From Andalucia godoyi And28 (lineage: Eukaryota > Protista > Jakobida): a DNA stretch of 64,000 bases. Within the stretch, counting starts at the first letter, position 1; each line of letters begins with the position of its first letter. This document shows positions 10,539 to 22,955 of the stretch, in pieces. Where the stretch lies: assembly GCA_009859145.1 (NCBI GenBank), contig VRVR01000053.1, positions 1 through 64,000 of the forward strand, written 5' to 3'. Made by a program: the position numbers and the translations under genes. The notes beneath the pieces are model-generated. The model saw only the letters and a list, made by a program, of their open reading frames with translations. It did no database searches and had not been told where the DNA came from.

Positions 10539-11293
10539 GTCCATTTTCAGTGTTTCTCAAGATTGACTGTGGATATCATCGTGCGGGTGTGGAACCGATG
10601 TCTGCCGAGGCTGCGGAGTTGATGAACGCAGTGGCGCTATCGAGCAATGCCATTACTTTGAAAGGACTGTATGTACATGGCGGCCACTCGTACGGAGCAC
10701 GGAATGACAGTCAGATCCGGCAAGTTGCGGAGGCGGAACGAAATGCTCTGATCGAGTCTGCAAAGCTTCTGCAGTCTTTGGCACCAGGAAGGGACTGGAC
10801 ATCGCTGGATTTGTGCATGGGATCCACTCCAACATGCAACGTCTTTGGCTCGATGGACCAAATCACAGAGATACATCCTGGGAACTACGTCTTCTTCGAC
10901 GCAATGCAGTGCGAAATCGGCTCGTGCAGACTCGACCAAGTCGCGTGCTTTGTCTTGTCGCGTGTCATCAGCAAGCATGTCTCAGATGGCAAGAAGAGGA
11001 TCCTTGTTGACGCCGGTGCGCTTGCACTGTCCAAAGATCCCGGATGCTCTTCCAAGACGTCCCCACTGTATGGCGTCATTCTAGACCGCCCAGACTGGAT
11101 GCTTGTGTCCATTTCTCAAGAAATGGGCATCATTTTGGTTCCGGATTCATGCGACCTGGACGCTATTCCAATCGGAATGCTTCTCAAAATCCTCCCACAG
11201 CATTCTTGCTTGTCGGCTGCGCTCTTTGACAAGTACGTCGTCACGGAAAATGACATGATTGTGGACACTATCCGACCCGCCCGCGGCTGGTGA
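10103..11293 (+). CDS. DSD1: D-serine dehydratase / D-threonine aldolase family (fold-type III PLP enzyme)
   Basis: LDTPAFVV, LRPHVKTHKT (PLP Lys), HGGHSY, EIHPGNYVFFD and PQHSCL. Contains a poly-His/Gln insertion. Confidence 0.9.
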
Positions 11294-12061
11294 CAGGCGC
11301 CATTTCTGGAACATCACGCTGGCACTCACCTTAACGGTGCATTTTCTTGCGTTAAGTACTTTGCTTTAGGTACTGCTTGTGTGTTTGCAATCGCCTGTCT
11401 CCGTGAGTGGGCTGTTCGTAGAAGATGACGCTTCTGGAGAGAAGGTCTGCGGGAATCCGAAGAACCGATTTTTGTTCCGTGCAAGCAACTTTTGAACTGT
11501 TCTCATCGGGTTATATTTCGTTTTTCATCTTTTTGACAAAAATGCTAGAAACCTCAACGCAGGGTTTGCCCCCGTCATCCGATCTAGAACTGTGTCAAGT
11601 AAAGAAACACTTCCCTCTCTTTTCCCTCGGAGGCATGCTCGAAACTGCACGAACGATCCGAAAAAGAAGCGCGATGGTTCAAGCCAGGTGCTTCCGAAAC
11701 GGGCCGCGAGCGGAAAAGCCGCACAGTGCATCCGCACTGCTCACCAACGACTCTACAACACCCAAGGTGAGAGAGACGATCGGTTTTGCAGGATCGATCG
11801 TCGTGCAACACTGCAATATCATACCAATTAGAACCAATTAGTATAATGCGTGTTTGGGTAAAAAAGGTGTGATTCCGATAGTTTTCTTGTTTTTCAGCAT
11901 TCTTTTTTCTTTTTTCTTTTTTCTGTTTTCTTTTTTTTTTTTTGGTAGTTTTGAAATTCCGGTTTTCTCTCTGCGCTCATCGCTGTGCATTGTCTCTTGT
12001 ATCTCTTCTTCAGGCTGCGGTTTCATTCTGTGTTGCTGAATGCTTTGCTTGCAGTCAAAAA

Positions 12062-13252
12062 ATGAGTTTGGGTTATGAACAAGAGTTTGACAAGTCTTTT
12101 CTTCGGAACGATGCCGATCGGCAGCAGCGGCAGATCAAGAGCCTGTTTGAGCATATGCAGAAGTTTCTGACAGTTGCGTGTCTGCAGCCTTGTAAATCGG
12201 CCACCGTGAACGCATTTACGTTTGTGATCGCGGTCGCACTAGCCTTGATTTTAGTCGCGTGCGCAGTGGTGTCTTTCATGCGATACAGAACGTCGAATCT
12301 TCTGTCGGACTTGGTGAGTGGAATATGGTTCCTGGAGGGCGCCGTGTTCATCGTGATATTCCGTGTCATAAACCGGAAGCCGCAGTTCACATTTGACGCA
12401 AATGTCATCGATGACTTGTTTCCTGGTCGCGATCATCCTTTGTATCAGAAAGTGCTTGCAAGATGCAGTCGGATTCGCATCACCGTTCTCATCTCGGTGA
12501 TCCTAGCGTATACCTTCTTGATTCTCAATATCGTCATCCCGACTGTTGCGGCCACTATTACTGCTGAGTCGGATGACGGAACGTCAATACAGCTGCTCCC
12601 GATGCCTCTGTTTTTCTTGGCACTGTATGGATGTACGTTTGTGCAGCCGTTTCAAGCAGCGTGGATCGTGTCATTCGCAAAAATTGTCCAGACAGTGATG
12701 CACACTCTGAAGAAGGAGATTGAAAGCGAGAATATAGGCCTCTCCACGGACGACGCGCTAGAGTACTTTGGCAAGATCCAGAGACATGTAGAGCAAGTGA
12801 ATCGGGTCTTCCGTCTCTACTTTCTGTTCATGACGTTCTCTGGACATTTTCTCATCGCCGTGCTGCTGGCAGGACAGATCTTGTTTGATGCTCCTTGGGG
12901 CAATATTGGATGGATGATGAGTTTATTCTGGTGGTTCGGCTCCGCTTTTGTATTCATATTCTCCACCAGTTTCCACGCGTCCTCTGTTCACAGCATGAAT
13001 CGCAGGATCTCCAAGGCCTTGTTGCGGAGCAGCAGAGCAGAATTCGGACGCAGGTCGATGGATGCTCAGAAGATCGGCATCTTTGTGCAAAGAGTTGATG
13101 CCGTTGATCCCATGGGCTTCACGGTGGGACCTTCGCAACTGTTCATCACTTCATCCATGATGGCCAAGATCGCCGTGCTCATGGTGACGTACTTTATTGC
13201 TATCTGGGAGTTGCAACGCTCTGGAAATTATAATTTTTCATCCAAGAACTAG
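12062..13252 (+). CDS. Gustatory-receptor-like (GRL/7TMIC) membrane protein
   Basis: About 396 aa with about seven TM segments. The C-terminus GFTVG...ITSSMMAKIAVLMVTYFIAIWELQ matches the GR-family TM7 signature TYhhhhhQF. Confidence 0.7.
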   Translation: MSLGYEQEFDKSFLRNDADRQQRQIKSLFEHMQKFLTVACLQPCKSATVNAFTFVIAVALALILVACAVVSFMRYRTSNLLSDLVSGIWFLEGAVFIVIFRVINRKPQFTFDANVIDDLFPGRDHPLYQKVLARCSRIRITVLISVILAYTFLILNIVIPTVAATITAESDDGTSIQLLPMPLFFLALYGCTFVQPFQAAWIVSFAKIVQTVMHTLKKEIESENIGLSTDDALEYFGKIQRHVEQVNRVFRLYFLFMTFSGHFLIAVLLAGQILFDAPWGNIGWMMSLFWWFGSAFVFIFSTSFHASSVHSMNRRISKALLRSSRAEFGRRSMDAQKIGIFVQRVDAVDPMGFTVGPSQLFITSSMMAKIAVLMVTYFIAIWELQRSGNYNFSSKN

Positions 13253-13447
13253 AGCATGCGCCGCTCTATGGGGATGCGTCGGTTGTTTGATGAATATATT
13301 AGTTAATATAAATTTTGTTAAAAAGAAGAAGAAAAAAAGGAAGGAAGAGAAGAGAAGAAAATGTGAGATGCACGCACGCATGGAGGCTGATTCCCGCCTC
13401 GGATGCGTGTTCGGGTTTTGATGCGACTGGTCTGTGGCAGTAGACGG

Positions 13448-14541
<1,094 letters not shown>

Positions 14542-15109
14542 CTCTCTCTTTCTCTTTCTAAAAAACCAAAGATTAATTACTCTTATAAGCCCAACAATAT
14601 TCGTTTGGAAATGCTGAAGGAACCGCGAAACATGCTTTTTTGGAAACTCGCGTTCGAATACAATGAACGGAATCCGCACACGGAATCCAATTTTCAAAAA
14701 ATATTGATAGACAGCGTTTGTACTGTGAGAGTTTGCTGGGAAACCAAAATTCAAAGACCGCGTCAAAAACAGTCGTAAAATCAGTCAGCGGGTCGGCTTT
14801 TTTCCTTTTTCGGACGGGTTTTATTCCCGACTTTGCAGGTCCAACCGCGTGTTTTTCGCATGTTTGCTGATAGATTTTTCGACCGTGAACTCCTATTATT
14901 ATGATTATTATGATTATTATGATTATTGTTATGATTATTATTAGTTCTCTGTCCCATTCTCCCGCCTCTCTTCCATTTCAAAGTTCGCTATCAACTCACC
15001 CGACCGAGTCTTGCGATTCCAAAGAACCTCAAAAAAGAAAAAGAAAAGAAAGAAAAAAGAGAAGGAATCGCACACAGGAGGGGTGGTTTCAAAGGGGAGA
15101 AAACACTCG

Positions 15110-16747
15110 ATGATGCACAGTAGTTCACAAGGGGCGTCTTATTGCCCGAAGCCAAACCACACTCTGGCAAATGCACAAGGTATTCGGTTTTCCAAGCAGC
15201 GGATATTCTCGCTCATGATGTTCTTGTTGATTCTGGCGCCATTATGCGTTGTGTTGTGGTTGTCACTTCCTCTGTCGACGCCGCAGTCATCCTCCATGTC
15301 ATTCCCGCTCTATTGCTTGTTTTTCTTCTTTTATATTTATCCGTCGATCGCAGTTGGCCACTTCATGCTGGGCACCCGGCTTCCCGTTGTCCGCATTCGC
15401 GACCAAGCTTGGTGGCATCTTGTCGGCTCCGTCCCGTCTTTCGTGCTGCTCGTCATTTTGCAAGGCTATCTTTCGGACTACTATCTGATCATTGTCAGCT
15501 TGGTTTCCGCAACATCGTTCATCATTCTCATTCCAACCGTCATTCTACACGCCTGGTACAGATTCCTTCATCCAAGTACCTACACGCTGCTGTCAAATGC
15601 ACAAGGCAGCGAGGGGGGCTGGAAGTCCAAGACTCCGTTGACGTCGAGCGCAAACTTTTCAGACATTGGAGTGAAAACCTTGAACGAACCGCTGGTATCT
15701 GCAAAGGAATGGGATGATTCGGGAGCAAGTCTTGGGCAGAAGAGCATCAGCGGCGTGTGGCACCTGACTGCATTTCGAACACTTCTGCAATCTGCACCAA
15801 CAATTCCCCTCACAAAGGCAGATCTCAAGGCAAAATCGATCTTTTGTGCCGCCTTGTACATGACTCTGATTTGTTGCTACGCTTGGTGCTGGATCTTTTC
15901 GTACTTGTTTGGACTGTATTTCAAATCAAGCACTCTAACTGATTCTGATACCAAGAGCTTTGAACTTCAGCTCTCCGGTGCTGCATTGTTTGCATTTCTG
16001 TTTTCGCTGAGCTTCGTTCCCTTTCGGGGGTTCCTTGGGTTTTTGGTTCGTAGGTCCTGCGGGGCAGCTTCCGTCATGGATGTCGACATGTGGACGGACG
16101 ATGATTCCGCAGACGCCAAAGAGTTCTACTCGTCTGTGGGCGTCGAAGCTTGTGCCTCTTTTTTCTTGGAACTCATTTTTTTCGTCTTCTTCCGCAACCT
16201 CTTCTCGGACATACACACCATTCCCGTGTTTTTGGTGATGGAGTCCACAAAGTATGTTGTCGAAGATGTCACTCGATTCTTTCTTCCCCTGTCAGAGAAG
16301 TGGTATGTCTTTCGCTTGCGGTACTTGCGTACAATCCCGGTCATTGGGCGACTGTTTTTCAGCACGTCGGCGCGGTCATTTGAAGAAGAGGTTTTCAACA
16401 AGGCATTTTCGTACACAACCCATGTATTTGCGAGCATGTCTTCGGGAATATCATATATTGTCATGTTGATTGTTCTGCGATTCAACTATAATTCGCAGTT
16501 TTTTCCGTATGCGGAACTGTCGGAAAAGGACTTCTTAATGCTGTTGTCCTTTTACGGGATGAGTTTCGGGTTTATGCTCATCAACATGCTCGGCATGTCG
16601 TGGTACTTGTCCGCACGATACAATTTAGACCTGCTTTCGCTAGGATGGTTTCCCTTTGTGAAGAACCGCGTTGCAATGATTTGTCTAGTGTTTATGACAC
16701 CTCACATCATGCAAGACGTCTATCTGTCCGCAATTACATACAAATAA
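15110..16747 (+). CDS. Multi-pass membrane protein of unknown function
   Basis: ORF of about 545 aa with roughly ten hydrophobic segments and no recognisable motif. Confidence 0.75.
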   Translation: MMHSSSQGASYCPKPNHTLANAQGIRFSKQRIFSLMMFLLILAPLCVVLWLSLPLSTPQSSSMSFPLYCLFFFFYIYPSIAVGHFMLGTRLPVVRIRDQAWWHLVGSVPSFVLLVILQGYLSDYYLIIVSLVSATSFIILIPTVILHAWYRFLHPSTYTLLSNAQGSEGGWKSKTPLTSSANFSDIGVKTLNEPLVSAKEWDDSGASLGQKSISGVWHLTAFRTLLQSAPTIPLTKADLKAKSIFCAALYMTLICCYAWCWIFSYLFGLYFKSSTLTDSDTKSFELQLSGAALFAFLFSLSFVPFRGFLGFLVRRSCGAASVMDVDMWTDDDSADAKEFYSSVGVEACASFFLELIFFVFFRNLFSDIHTIPVFLVMESTKYVVEDVTRFFLPLSEKWYVFRLRYLRTIPVIGRLFFSTSARSFEEEVFNKAFSYTTHVFASMSSGISYIVMLIVLRFNYNSQFFPYAELSEKDFLMLLSFYGMSFGFMLINMLGMSWYLSARYNLDLLSLGWFPFVKNRVAMICLVFMTPHIMQDVYLSAITYK

Positions 16748-16832
16748 AGCAGATTGCATGTCGCTGCTGCTGCTGCTGCGTCAGCACCTGGATTGCTGCT
16801 TTTTTTCGTTTTTTTTTTTTTTTTTTTGGTCC

Positions 16833-18419
16833 TCAGCGGTCGAGCGACAGCACATTTCGGGAAGCTAACAGCCGCAGAAACAGGTCTAAAAACCGCTGGC
16901 AGACTCCAGTTCCTGCCAAGAGCGGCTCAGAAGCACTGACGGTAATCTGCATCCCTTGTGGGAACGCGACAATGCAAACTCGAAGCAGCGGACCCCACGA
17001 TCCATGCAGAACATCAAAATCGACCTCCGTGACAGAATTAGCAATGGCTGTCTTGCTCATCGCTGCATAATCAATGTAAATCAATTCACAATCGCACCAA
17101 CGACCTTCTGGCCTGTCCGCCGCAATCTGACTATGAACGAGGTCCAGCGAGGTTGCTCTGGACAGCAACCCCAGAGTCTCGTGGTCTCTCGACCGGTTGC
17201 CCTCGATGTCCACAAGCGCTGCTTCAGCCAAAGCCCACAGAGCATCCTCTCCGACTGAATCCATTGTCGCAACGGATTGGAGATCTTGGCAATCAAATGG
17301 CACTATGTGATGCATGCTAAAATTCCCTAGCAATAGAGGCGATGATGCCGCAGAGTTTGGATTTGCAACGAATCGCTGCTGCACGAAAATGCGGTGTGAC
17401 AGCGGCAATGCGACGGTGATGGGGCCTTTCACTTCAGGACCGAGGAAACAAGACAGGCACACCGCGCTGGTTGCCGCGAGCATCGACACAACCGAGCACC
17501 CGTGTTCGTCACACGCCTCTCGCATTCGCAGTGCCGACTTCGCGTCGATGGCGTTGCGGGTGACCGTTGAAGTGCCCGTTGCTGATCTTGAAGACTGGTT
17601 ACGAGAAAGGTGTGGCGCAAGAGCCAAGGAAGTGACTGGTCTCGTGGAGCCAGAGAGATACGGGGTGGACTCCATGCCTGTCCATTCTGAGATTATGTTC
17701 CAAAGAGTAGGTCGAACATCGATCAGTCGTTCAAGAGGCAGAACAGACTTGTCTTCGAGTTCGAAGACCGTTTCGGGGTATGACTCTCCCATTGTGGTCA
17801 TCAGAAATGCGTTGAGGAATTCAAATCCAGAAAACGCGTCTCCCAAAACGCGGTGGTAAGAAAGCAGAACAACCACGCGTGCAGGCGACATGAGCAACGA
17901 AATGCGAAACATGAACTCGCCACCCTTGGTTTTTTGGAGGCTCTCGAGATCTGCTCTTCGTCGTTGCTCAATGATTCCCTCGTCGACGCCATGTGGAGCG
18001 GAATCAGAAAACGACACAGCCTTGTTGAGAAGCATCGCATTTTGAGGAGATACGTGCCGAAGAACCATCGCTGGATCGCCGGGGTCAAACGACAAGCAAA
18101 ACCGTCCAGCTTTCCGCAGCGTTGAGCCGACGCACGCCTTCATCGCTGCCAATGAGAACTTCGCCGTTTGAGACCGATGAAACTCGCTGTTCGGAATCAC
18201 CAACCGTAAGCTGCATACAGGATTTGACTTCCCGGGAACGACGTGCAGAATGTCCAACACTCCGAGCGGCACCGGCTGGGAATCCATCGATGAGGATGAA
18301 TGGCTCGCAAATGCACGGAGCCATGCCGCCACGACCGGAGCCTTCCCAAGCTTGTACGTCTGCAATACATAAATAAACAGCGTGATGATTACGAAACTCG
18401 ACAGATACCACAGCCACAT
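16833..18419 (-). CDS. Alcohol acetyltransferase / condensation-domain-like protein with N-terminal TM helix
   Basis: LLSYHRVLGDAFSGFEFL resembles HHxxxDG, and PLERLIDVRP and CSVVSMLAA resemble AATase/PapA5-like proteins. Confidence 0.6.
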   Translation of the reverse strand: MWLWYLSSFVIITLFIYVLQTYKLGKAPVVAAWLRAFASHSSSSMDSQPVPLGVLDILHVVPGKSNPVCSLRLVIPNSEFHRSQTAKFSLAAMKACVGSTLRKAGRFCLSFDPGDPAMVLRHVSPQNAMLLNKAVSFSDSAPHGVDEGIIEQRRRADLESLQKTKGGEFMFRISLLMSPARVVVLLSYHRVLGDAFSGFEFLNAFLMTTMGESYPETVFELEDKSVLPLERLIDVRPTLWNIISEWTGMESTPYLSGSTRPVTSLALAPHLSRNQSSRSATGTSTVTRNAIDAKSALRMREACDEHGCSVVSMLAATSAVCLSCFLGPEVKGPITVALPLSHRIFVQQRFVANPNSAASSPLLLGNFSMHHIVPFDCQDLQSVATMDSVGEDALWALAEAALVDIEGNRSRDHETLGLLSRATSLDLVHSQIAADRPEGRWCDCELIYIDYAAMSKTAIANSVTEVDFDVLHGSWGPLLRVCIVAFPQGMQITVSASEPLLAGTGVCQRFLDLFLRLLASRNVLSLDR

Positions 18420-18680
18420 GGATACTCGCTATTACGGTAATACATACATACATATATACATATGTTATTTGTCGGTACTATGTCTCCTTTTATTCGCATT
18501 TCACATATGACATGAAAAGAGAGCGACCTCAAGTGGAGTCAAGTTCCGCACCTTTTTTGGGCATCAAAAAGGCAGACGGAAAAGTCCGAAAAGGCCGAAT
18601 GGAGATCTTTTCTTGCTGCTGGCTGCGTTTTCGTGTTAGTACAGACATTATCAAAAGAAACGAGAGTCGCAAGACGAAAG

Positions 18681-21600
18681 ATGTCGGCACCAAAGCTTCC
18701 GAATTTTGATTCGGATGACTCAGAAGATGGTTTGGATGTGGATGTGGATGTGGATGTGGATGCCGACGCCGACGCGGCTGATGTGCACAAACCGTTTGAA
18801 GCACTTGCTGTGCTTCATGCATTAAAGAATGATTTTGACCGCGGACTGCAAATCATTGACCCATCCGCGGCAGTGGCGTCTGCATCAGCGTCTGCAATGG
18901 ATGGAACAGATTTTGCAGACGCCGATTTTGGAGTTACCGCAAATCAAAGGTTTCTTACGGAAACCGACTGGAATGCAGCTGCGGAAGATCGAAACCAGCT
19001 GCTGCTCGATGTCGAGCGGGACTTTGATATTTCTGTTCCACCGATCGAGAATGATGATCGACAAGACTCGGCTGGTGCTGCTCGCGCGACAGCCGCCGTA
19101 AAGGACGGAAATGCGTCGACCGCAGTGAGTACTGTGAATGGCGTCGGCAAGTCGCGAAGTGCTGTGAATCGACTGCTGGCCGCTGAGCTTATCGGTGCTT
19201 CGTCAGGGTCGGATAGAAAGAAGCAGCTTCGAAGCCAGTTGTATGGAGTCGACATGAAGGACGAGATTGCTGCGGAAAGAGCTGCGAAACGGGCTCGAAG
19301 AGGTGGAGGAAAGAAAAGAGGAAGAGGGAAACGGCAGCTCCCACCTGAGCTGCAGAACATGATGCGAGTCGCGAATAATCATGTAGCGTTTGGAGACAAC
19401 TTGAAGGAGGCTGCAAAGCTGTGTCTGCAGGTTATTCAAAAGGCACCGGGATTTGCAGAGCCGTATCAAACACTGGCATCAATTTACGATCACGAAGGAA
19501 ACCATCAGCGTTCATTCTCGCTGCTGTTCATGGCGGCACATCTGTCTCCAAAGTCATCCAATCTCTGGATAGACCTGGGGAACAGCCGAGTGTGCACAGC
19601 TTCGCAAAAGGCATATTGCATGTCGCAGCTTATGACACACTGTCGGGATGAGATCACGAAGGACGACGATCAGCTGGCGTTTGTTTATGCAACACGGGCT
19701 TGTGCGTACCGAGATTTGGGGCTGGTGTTTCGGTTTATTGCCGACGCAAAACGGGCGATTGAAAAGTACGCCTCTTTGGGAAGAGTGGAGGAGCTGCTGC
19801 TAATTGTGCAAGATGCTGTTCGCGTGGAGTGTGATCGTCAGAACTTTGCTGATGCCGCGAAACTCTTGGAGCATGTGCTCCAGCTGCTCAAAGTGGATTT
19901 TGACTGCGAACATCAGCCAGCATATTTGTGGACCATCATGAACTTCTACTGCGAATGCCTTGCCATGGACCATCGCTACGGCGACATTGTGGAGAAGATG
20001 GGACGGATCGGTGGAAGTTGCAAAGATGAGATCCCGCTGGAGCTCATTGTGCGATACGCAACTGCGTTCATCCATGCTGGAGAGGTCTCAAGTGCCGAGC
20101 GGGTTTTGCAGCAGTGGTTTTCTCGTAGCGCAAGTCCAGAGGAGTTCGGAGACTTGTACATTGATGTTGGAAACGCGTACTACGATCAAATTGAGTTTCG
20201 CCTTGCTCTCCATTATTATCGACGACTTGTGGATCCGCCTACCCGATTTATGGGGCCGTTTGTCTGGCTCCGGATTGCACACTGTCAGTCAAACCTGCAT
20301 CTTATGGATGACGCCATCGAATCTTTTCGCATGGTACTGAATGATGTGCCGAATAATATGGAAGCCCGATTGGAATTGGCGCGGTTGCTGGAGAGCCAAG
20401 GTCGAAAAGACGAGCTTGTGTTTGTTCTCCGAGACGAGTCGGAGATGAATGCCGCCGAAATCATTAGGAGGTTGGAAGAAAAGGAGCGCTTGCTGAATCG
20501 CATGTCCATGACGGCTTCGACTGGAGCTTCCGGGAGTTTTGCCGCGCGATCTGCAACGACGTCGACTGTGCCCCAGGGTGCAGCAGATGTCGAACGCTTG
20601 AAGCAAGAGATTGATGTCGAGCTACGCTACTTGGCCCAAACGTCTTTGATGCTACTTGATAATCACAACATGGCAGCTTTCATGGAGGCTGCTGTGCCGC
20701 TGTTTCAGCGTGTTCTCTCTCTGCGGGACGAGGATTTTCAATCCAGTTCTCTCTTCTCGGAGTATCGACTTCATTCCCTGTCCACAAAGTCATCTCAACC
20801 GATGTCTGCTCCCGACAAAACACGGCGAAAAGCACCTGCGTGTGGAAAAAGGGCAAGCGAGAAGGATGCTGACGCCGACACGTTGGACGCACTTGACGGT
20901 GCGGATGACGACGAACCGGATGAACTGTCCGTTTCCACTGTTGATCCCGAAAAGCGAAATCTTGTTTTGTGGACGTGGAAGTCTGTTGTGAGTGCCGTTT
21001 CGGAAGAAGGGGCAGTCCGCATGGTAGCAGCACTGTGCCTTTCCTTGCGCGACGTGCGCTCGCTGGTATTTATCATGCAAGTGCTGCATCTCCAGTTGTT
21101 TCGATCCCACAGCTCCGAGTGCGAAATGTTCCGCATTTTGTACGTGCAGATTGCAATGGAGCGTGGTATCTATTTTCAGGCGTTTCTGCAAGCTCGTCAG
21201 CTAATGAGGGAGCGGCCGAGCGCCACGTCTGCTTGGAATCTGGTGGCCAAGACGATTCGCCATCTTCCTGAAGGCTTTTTGCGCCTTCACTACCGGTTTG
21301 CTGCGCGGCTTACCAGATGCGTGGAGCATGACCCGGTGCTCTCCATCAAGTCTGGCCGCGTCTGCCTGTCGGGGATCCGCGAAAGCCAAGCTCTTGACAG
21401 AGATCGGCTGTTCCTCTGCGCCCGGCTTGTTGTTATCAACCATGCGCACTCTGCGTTTCACCGGCATGCCCTTGGAGAGTATTACGCGTTGAGTCTGACG
21501 TATCCCGACGAGCCGCTTGTCCAGTTTTGTTTGGCAACTGCTCTGTTGTCCGTCAGCAGGAACAAGTCAGTTCCCTTCTGGAACCAGATGGCACTGTATG

Positions 21601-21875
21601 GCTTGGCATATCTGAATCGATCTGCTTCGCTTCGCGGCGCCAGCCACGCTGCAGAATCTCTGTACAATCGCGCAAGGTACTGCCAGGCGCTCGGGATGAA
21701 TACGTGGGCAATGGAATTGTATTCCGAGATTCTCAATGCGCCCTCTGATTCTCCGACTCTTCCGGATGTTCAAAGAGTTCGGCGAGAATCTGCACATAAT
21801 GTTGCTCTGATGTTCCGATCTGCTGGAAATGATGTGGCTGCTCGCGCGGTGGTCGAAAAACACTTGTCCTTTTAG
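18681..21875 (+). CDS. GTF3C3: TFIIIC subunit 3 (Tfc4), TPR protein
   Basis: Acidic N-terminus, then EPYQTLASIYD...FMAAHLSPK TPR block and C-terminal ESAHNVALMFRSAGNDVAARAVV. Confidence 0.85.
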   Translation: MSAPKLPNFDSDDSEDGLDVDVDVDVDADADAADVHKPFEALAVLHALKNDFDRGLQIIDPSAAVASASASAMDGTDFADADFGVTANQRFLTETDWNAAAEDRNQLLLDVERDFDISVPPIENDDRQDSAGAARATAAVKDGNASTAVSTVNGVGKSRSAVNRLLAAELIGASSGSDRKKQLRSQLYGVDMKDEIAAERAAKRARRGGGKKRGRGKRQLPPELQNMMRVANNHVAFGDNLKEAAKLCLQVIQKAPGFAEPYQTLASIYDHEGNHQRSFSLLFMAAHLSPKSSNLWIDLGNSRVCTASQKAYCMSQLMTHCRDEITKDDDQLAFVYATRACAYRDLGLVFRFIADAKRAIEKYASLGRVEELLLIVQDAVRVECDRQNFADAAKLLEHVLQLLKVDFDCEHQPAYLWTIMNFYCECLAMDHRYGDIVEKMGRIGGSCKDEIPLELIVRYATAFIHAGEVSSAERVLQQWFSRSASPEEFGDLYIDVGNAYYDQIEFRLALHYYRRLVDPPTRFMGPFVWLRIAHCQSNLHLMDDAIESFRMVLNDVPNNMEARLELARLLESQGRKDELVFVLRDESEMNAAEIIRRLEEKERLLNRMSMTASTGASGSFAARSATTSTVPQGAADVERLKQEIDVELRYLAQTSLMLLDNHNMAAFMEAAVPLFQRVLSLRDEDFQSSSLFSEYRLHSLSTKSSQPMSAPDKTRRKAPACGKRASEKDADADTLDALDGADDDEPDELSVSTVDPEKRNLVLWTWKSVVSAVSEEGAVRMVAALCLSLRDVRSLVFIMQVLHLQLFRSHSSECEMFRILYVQIAMERGIYFQAFLQARQLMRERPSATSAWNLVAKTIRHLPEGFLRLHYRFAARLTRCVEHDPVLSIKSGRVCLSGIRESQALDRDRLFLCARLVVINHAHSAFHRHALGEYYALSLTYPDEPLVQFCLATALLSVSRNKSVPFWNQMALYGLAYLNRSASLRGASHAAESLYNRARYCQALGMNTWAMELYSEILNAPSDSPTLPDVQRVRRESAHNVALMFRSAGNDVAARAVVEKHLSF

Positions 21876-22106
21876 CACTTCGTTATCTTGTCTGGGAGTT
21901 GTTGTTTTTTTGTTTTGTGTGTGTGCGTGTGTGTGTGTGTATGTATGTGTTTCCAAGTCGGCTTGGTCTTTTTTTCTTGTACAAATGGAGGAATGGAAGC
22001 ATGTACAGTGTTCTTCTTGTTGTAGTTATTATTATTATCAATACTATTGCTATTGCTGACTGTTCCGTTTGAACAACAACAACAAACAAACAAACAACAG
22101 TGGCAA

Positions 22107-22763
22107 CTAGGATGCAGAGAGGAAGCGGATGACGGAAATCAGCCGTCGAATTGTTTCGTCGCGTTCCTCTAGCTGGAGCTTCAACGACTCTACATTGTCT
22201 CCTCCATCTGCACTGTTCGACGATATTGCACCAAAGCTCGCGAACTTTGGGCCTGGTCCCGGACCTAGTCTCGGTCTTCCAATGGGGTCCTCGTCGGGCC
22301 CCGGCAAGAAGGCTGCGGTAGCTGGTGATTTTGAGACTGGGGCGGGCGACGGAGGCAGGGAGTCTCTGACGGATCGAAACCACTCGTTTTCATTTGCAAG
22401 AAATGCAAGTCCGTGATACCACGCCTGCCATGATTGAGGTGACGAAATCATGATTCTCACTACGGCATCTGCGCCCACATGCAGTTCAATGACGGAGTCT
22501 CGTGGGACAACATCCGTGACTTCGTCCAAGTAGATCACAGCGATGCACGGCTGGAACTTGTGATCGGAGAGCGACAGAGCTGAGCAGTCTCCGCTGACAG
22601 ATGCAAATCGTTTGCTTGTGTGCCCATTCGCATCAATGATCCGTACGTACGATCCGCGCTGCATCGACTCTACATACGATCGCAATCGATGATACAGACG
22701 AAAACTCTGCGGCAGAGCTTCCAACAACTGCGAGTCTTCCTGCGACGCCGATGACACCGACAT
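22107..22763 (-). CDS. PH-like domain protein with C-terminal coiled coil
   Basis: MQRGSYVRIID...IYLDEVTDV...WQAWYHGLAFL resembles a PLC-type PH fold. LKLQLEERDETIRRL is coiled-coil-like. Confidence 0.55.
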   Translation of the reverse strand: MSVSSASQEDSQLLEALPQSFRLYHRLRSYVESMQRGSYVRIIDANGHTSKRFASVSGDCSALSLSDHKFQPCIAVIYLDEVTDVVPRDSVIELHVGADAVVRIMISSPQSWQAWYHGLAFLANENEWFRSVRDSLPPSPAPVSKSPATAAFLPGPDEDPIGRPRLGPGPGPKFASFGAISSNSADGGDNVESLKLQLEERDETIRRLISVIRFLSAS

Positions 22764-22955
22764 TCTACTGCGACGAGGGGGAGCGATGTTATTTCAATTC
22801 CTGTCCAGTCTGTTCATCCGCTCGACTCGTCAAGCTTTTGTGAATTGCCAGTTGCCAGTTTGACGGCAGATTGCAGAACAAAAGGCTACGCAATAATACT
22901 ATTGGTTTTGTTGTTTTGTTTTTATTACAGCAGATGAATTGACTGACGCAGGATA

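Noticed and set aside
11370-11740. Minus-strand ORF of about 127 codons interrupted by one TGA
   Set aside because: No family resemblance and no Cys/Sec motif. Indistinguishable from random or decayed sequence.
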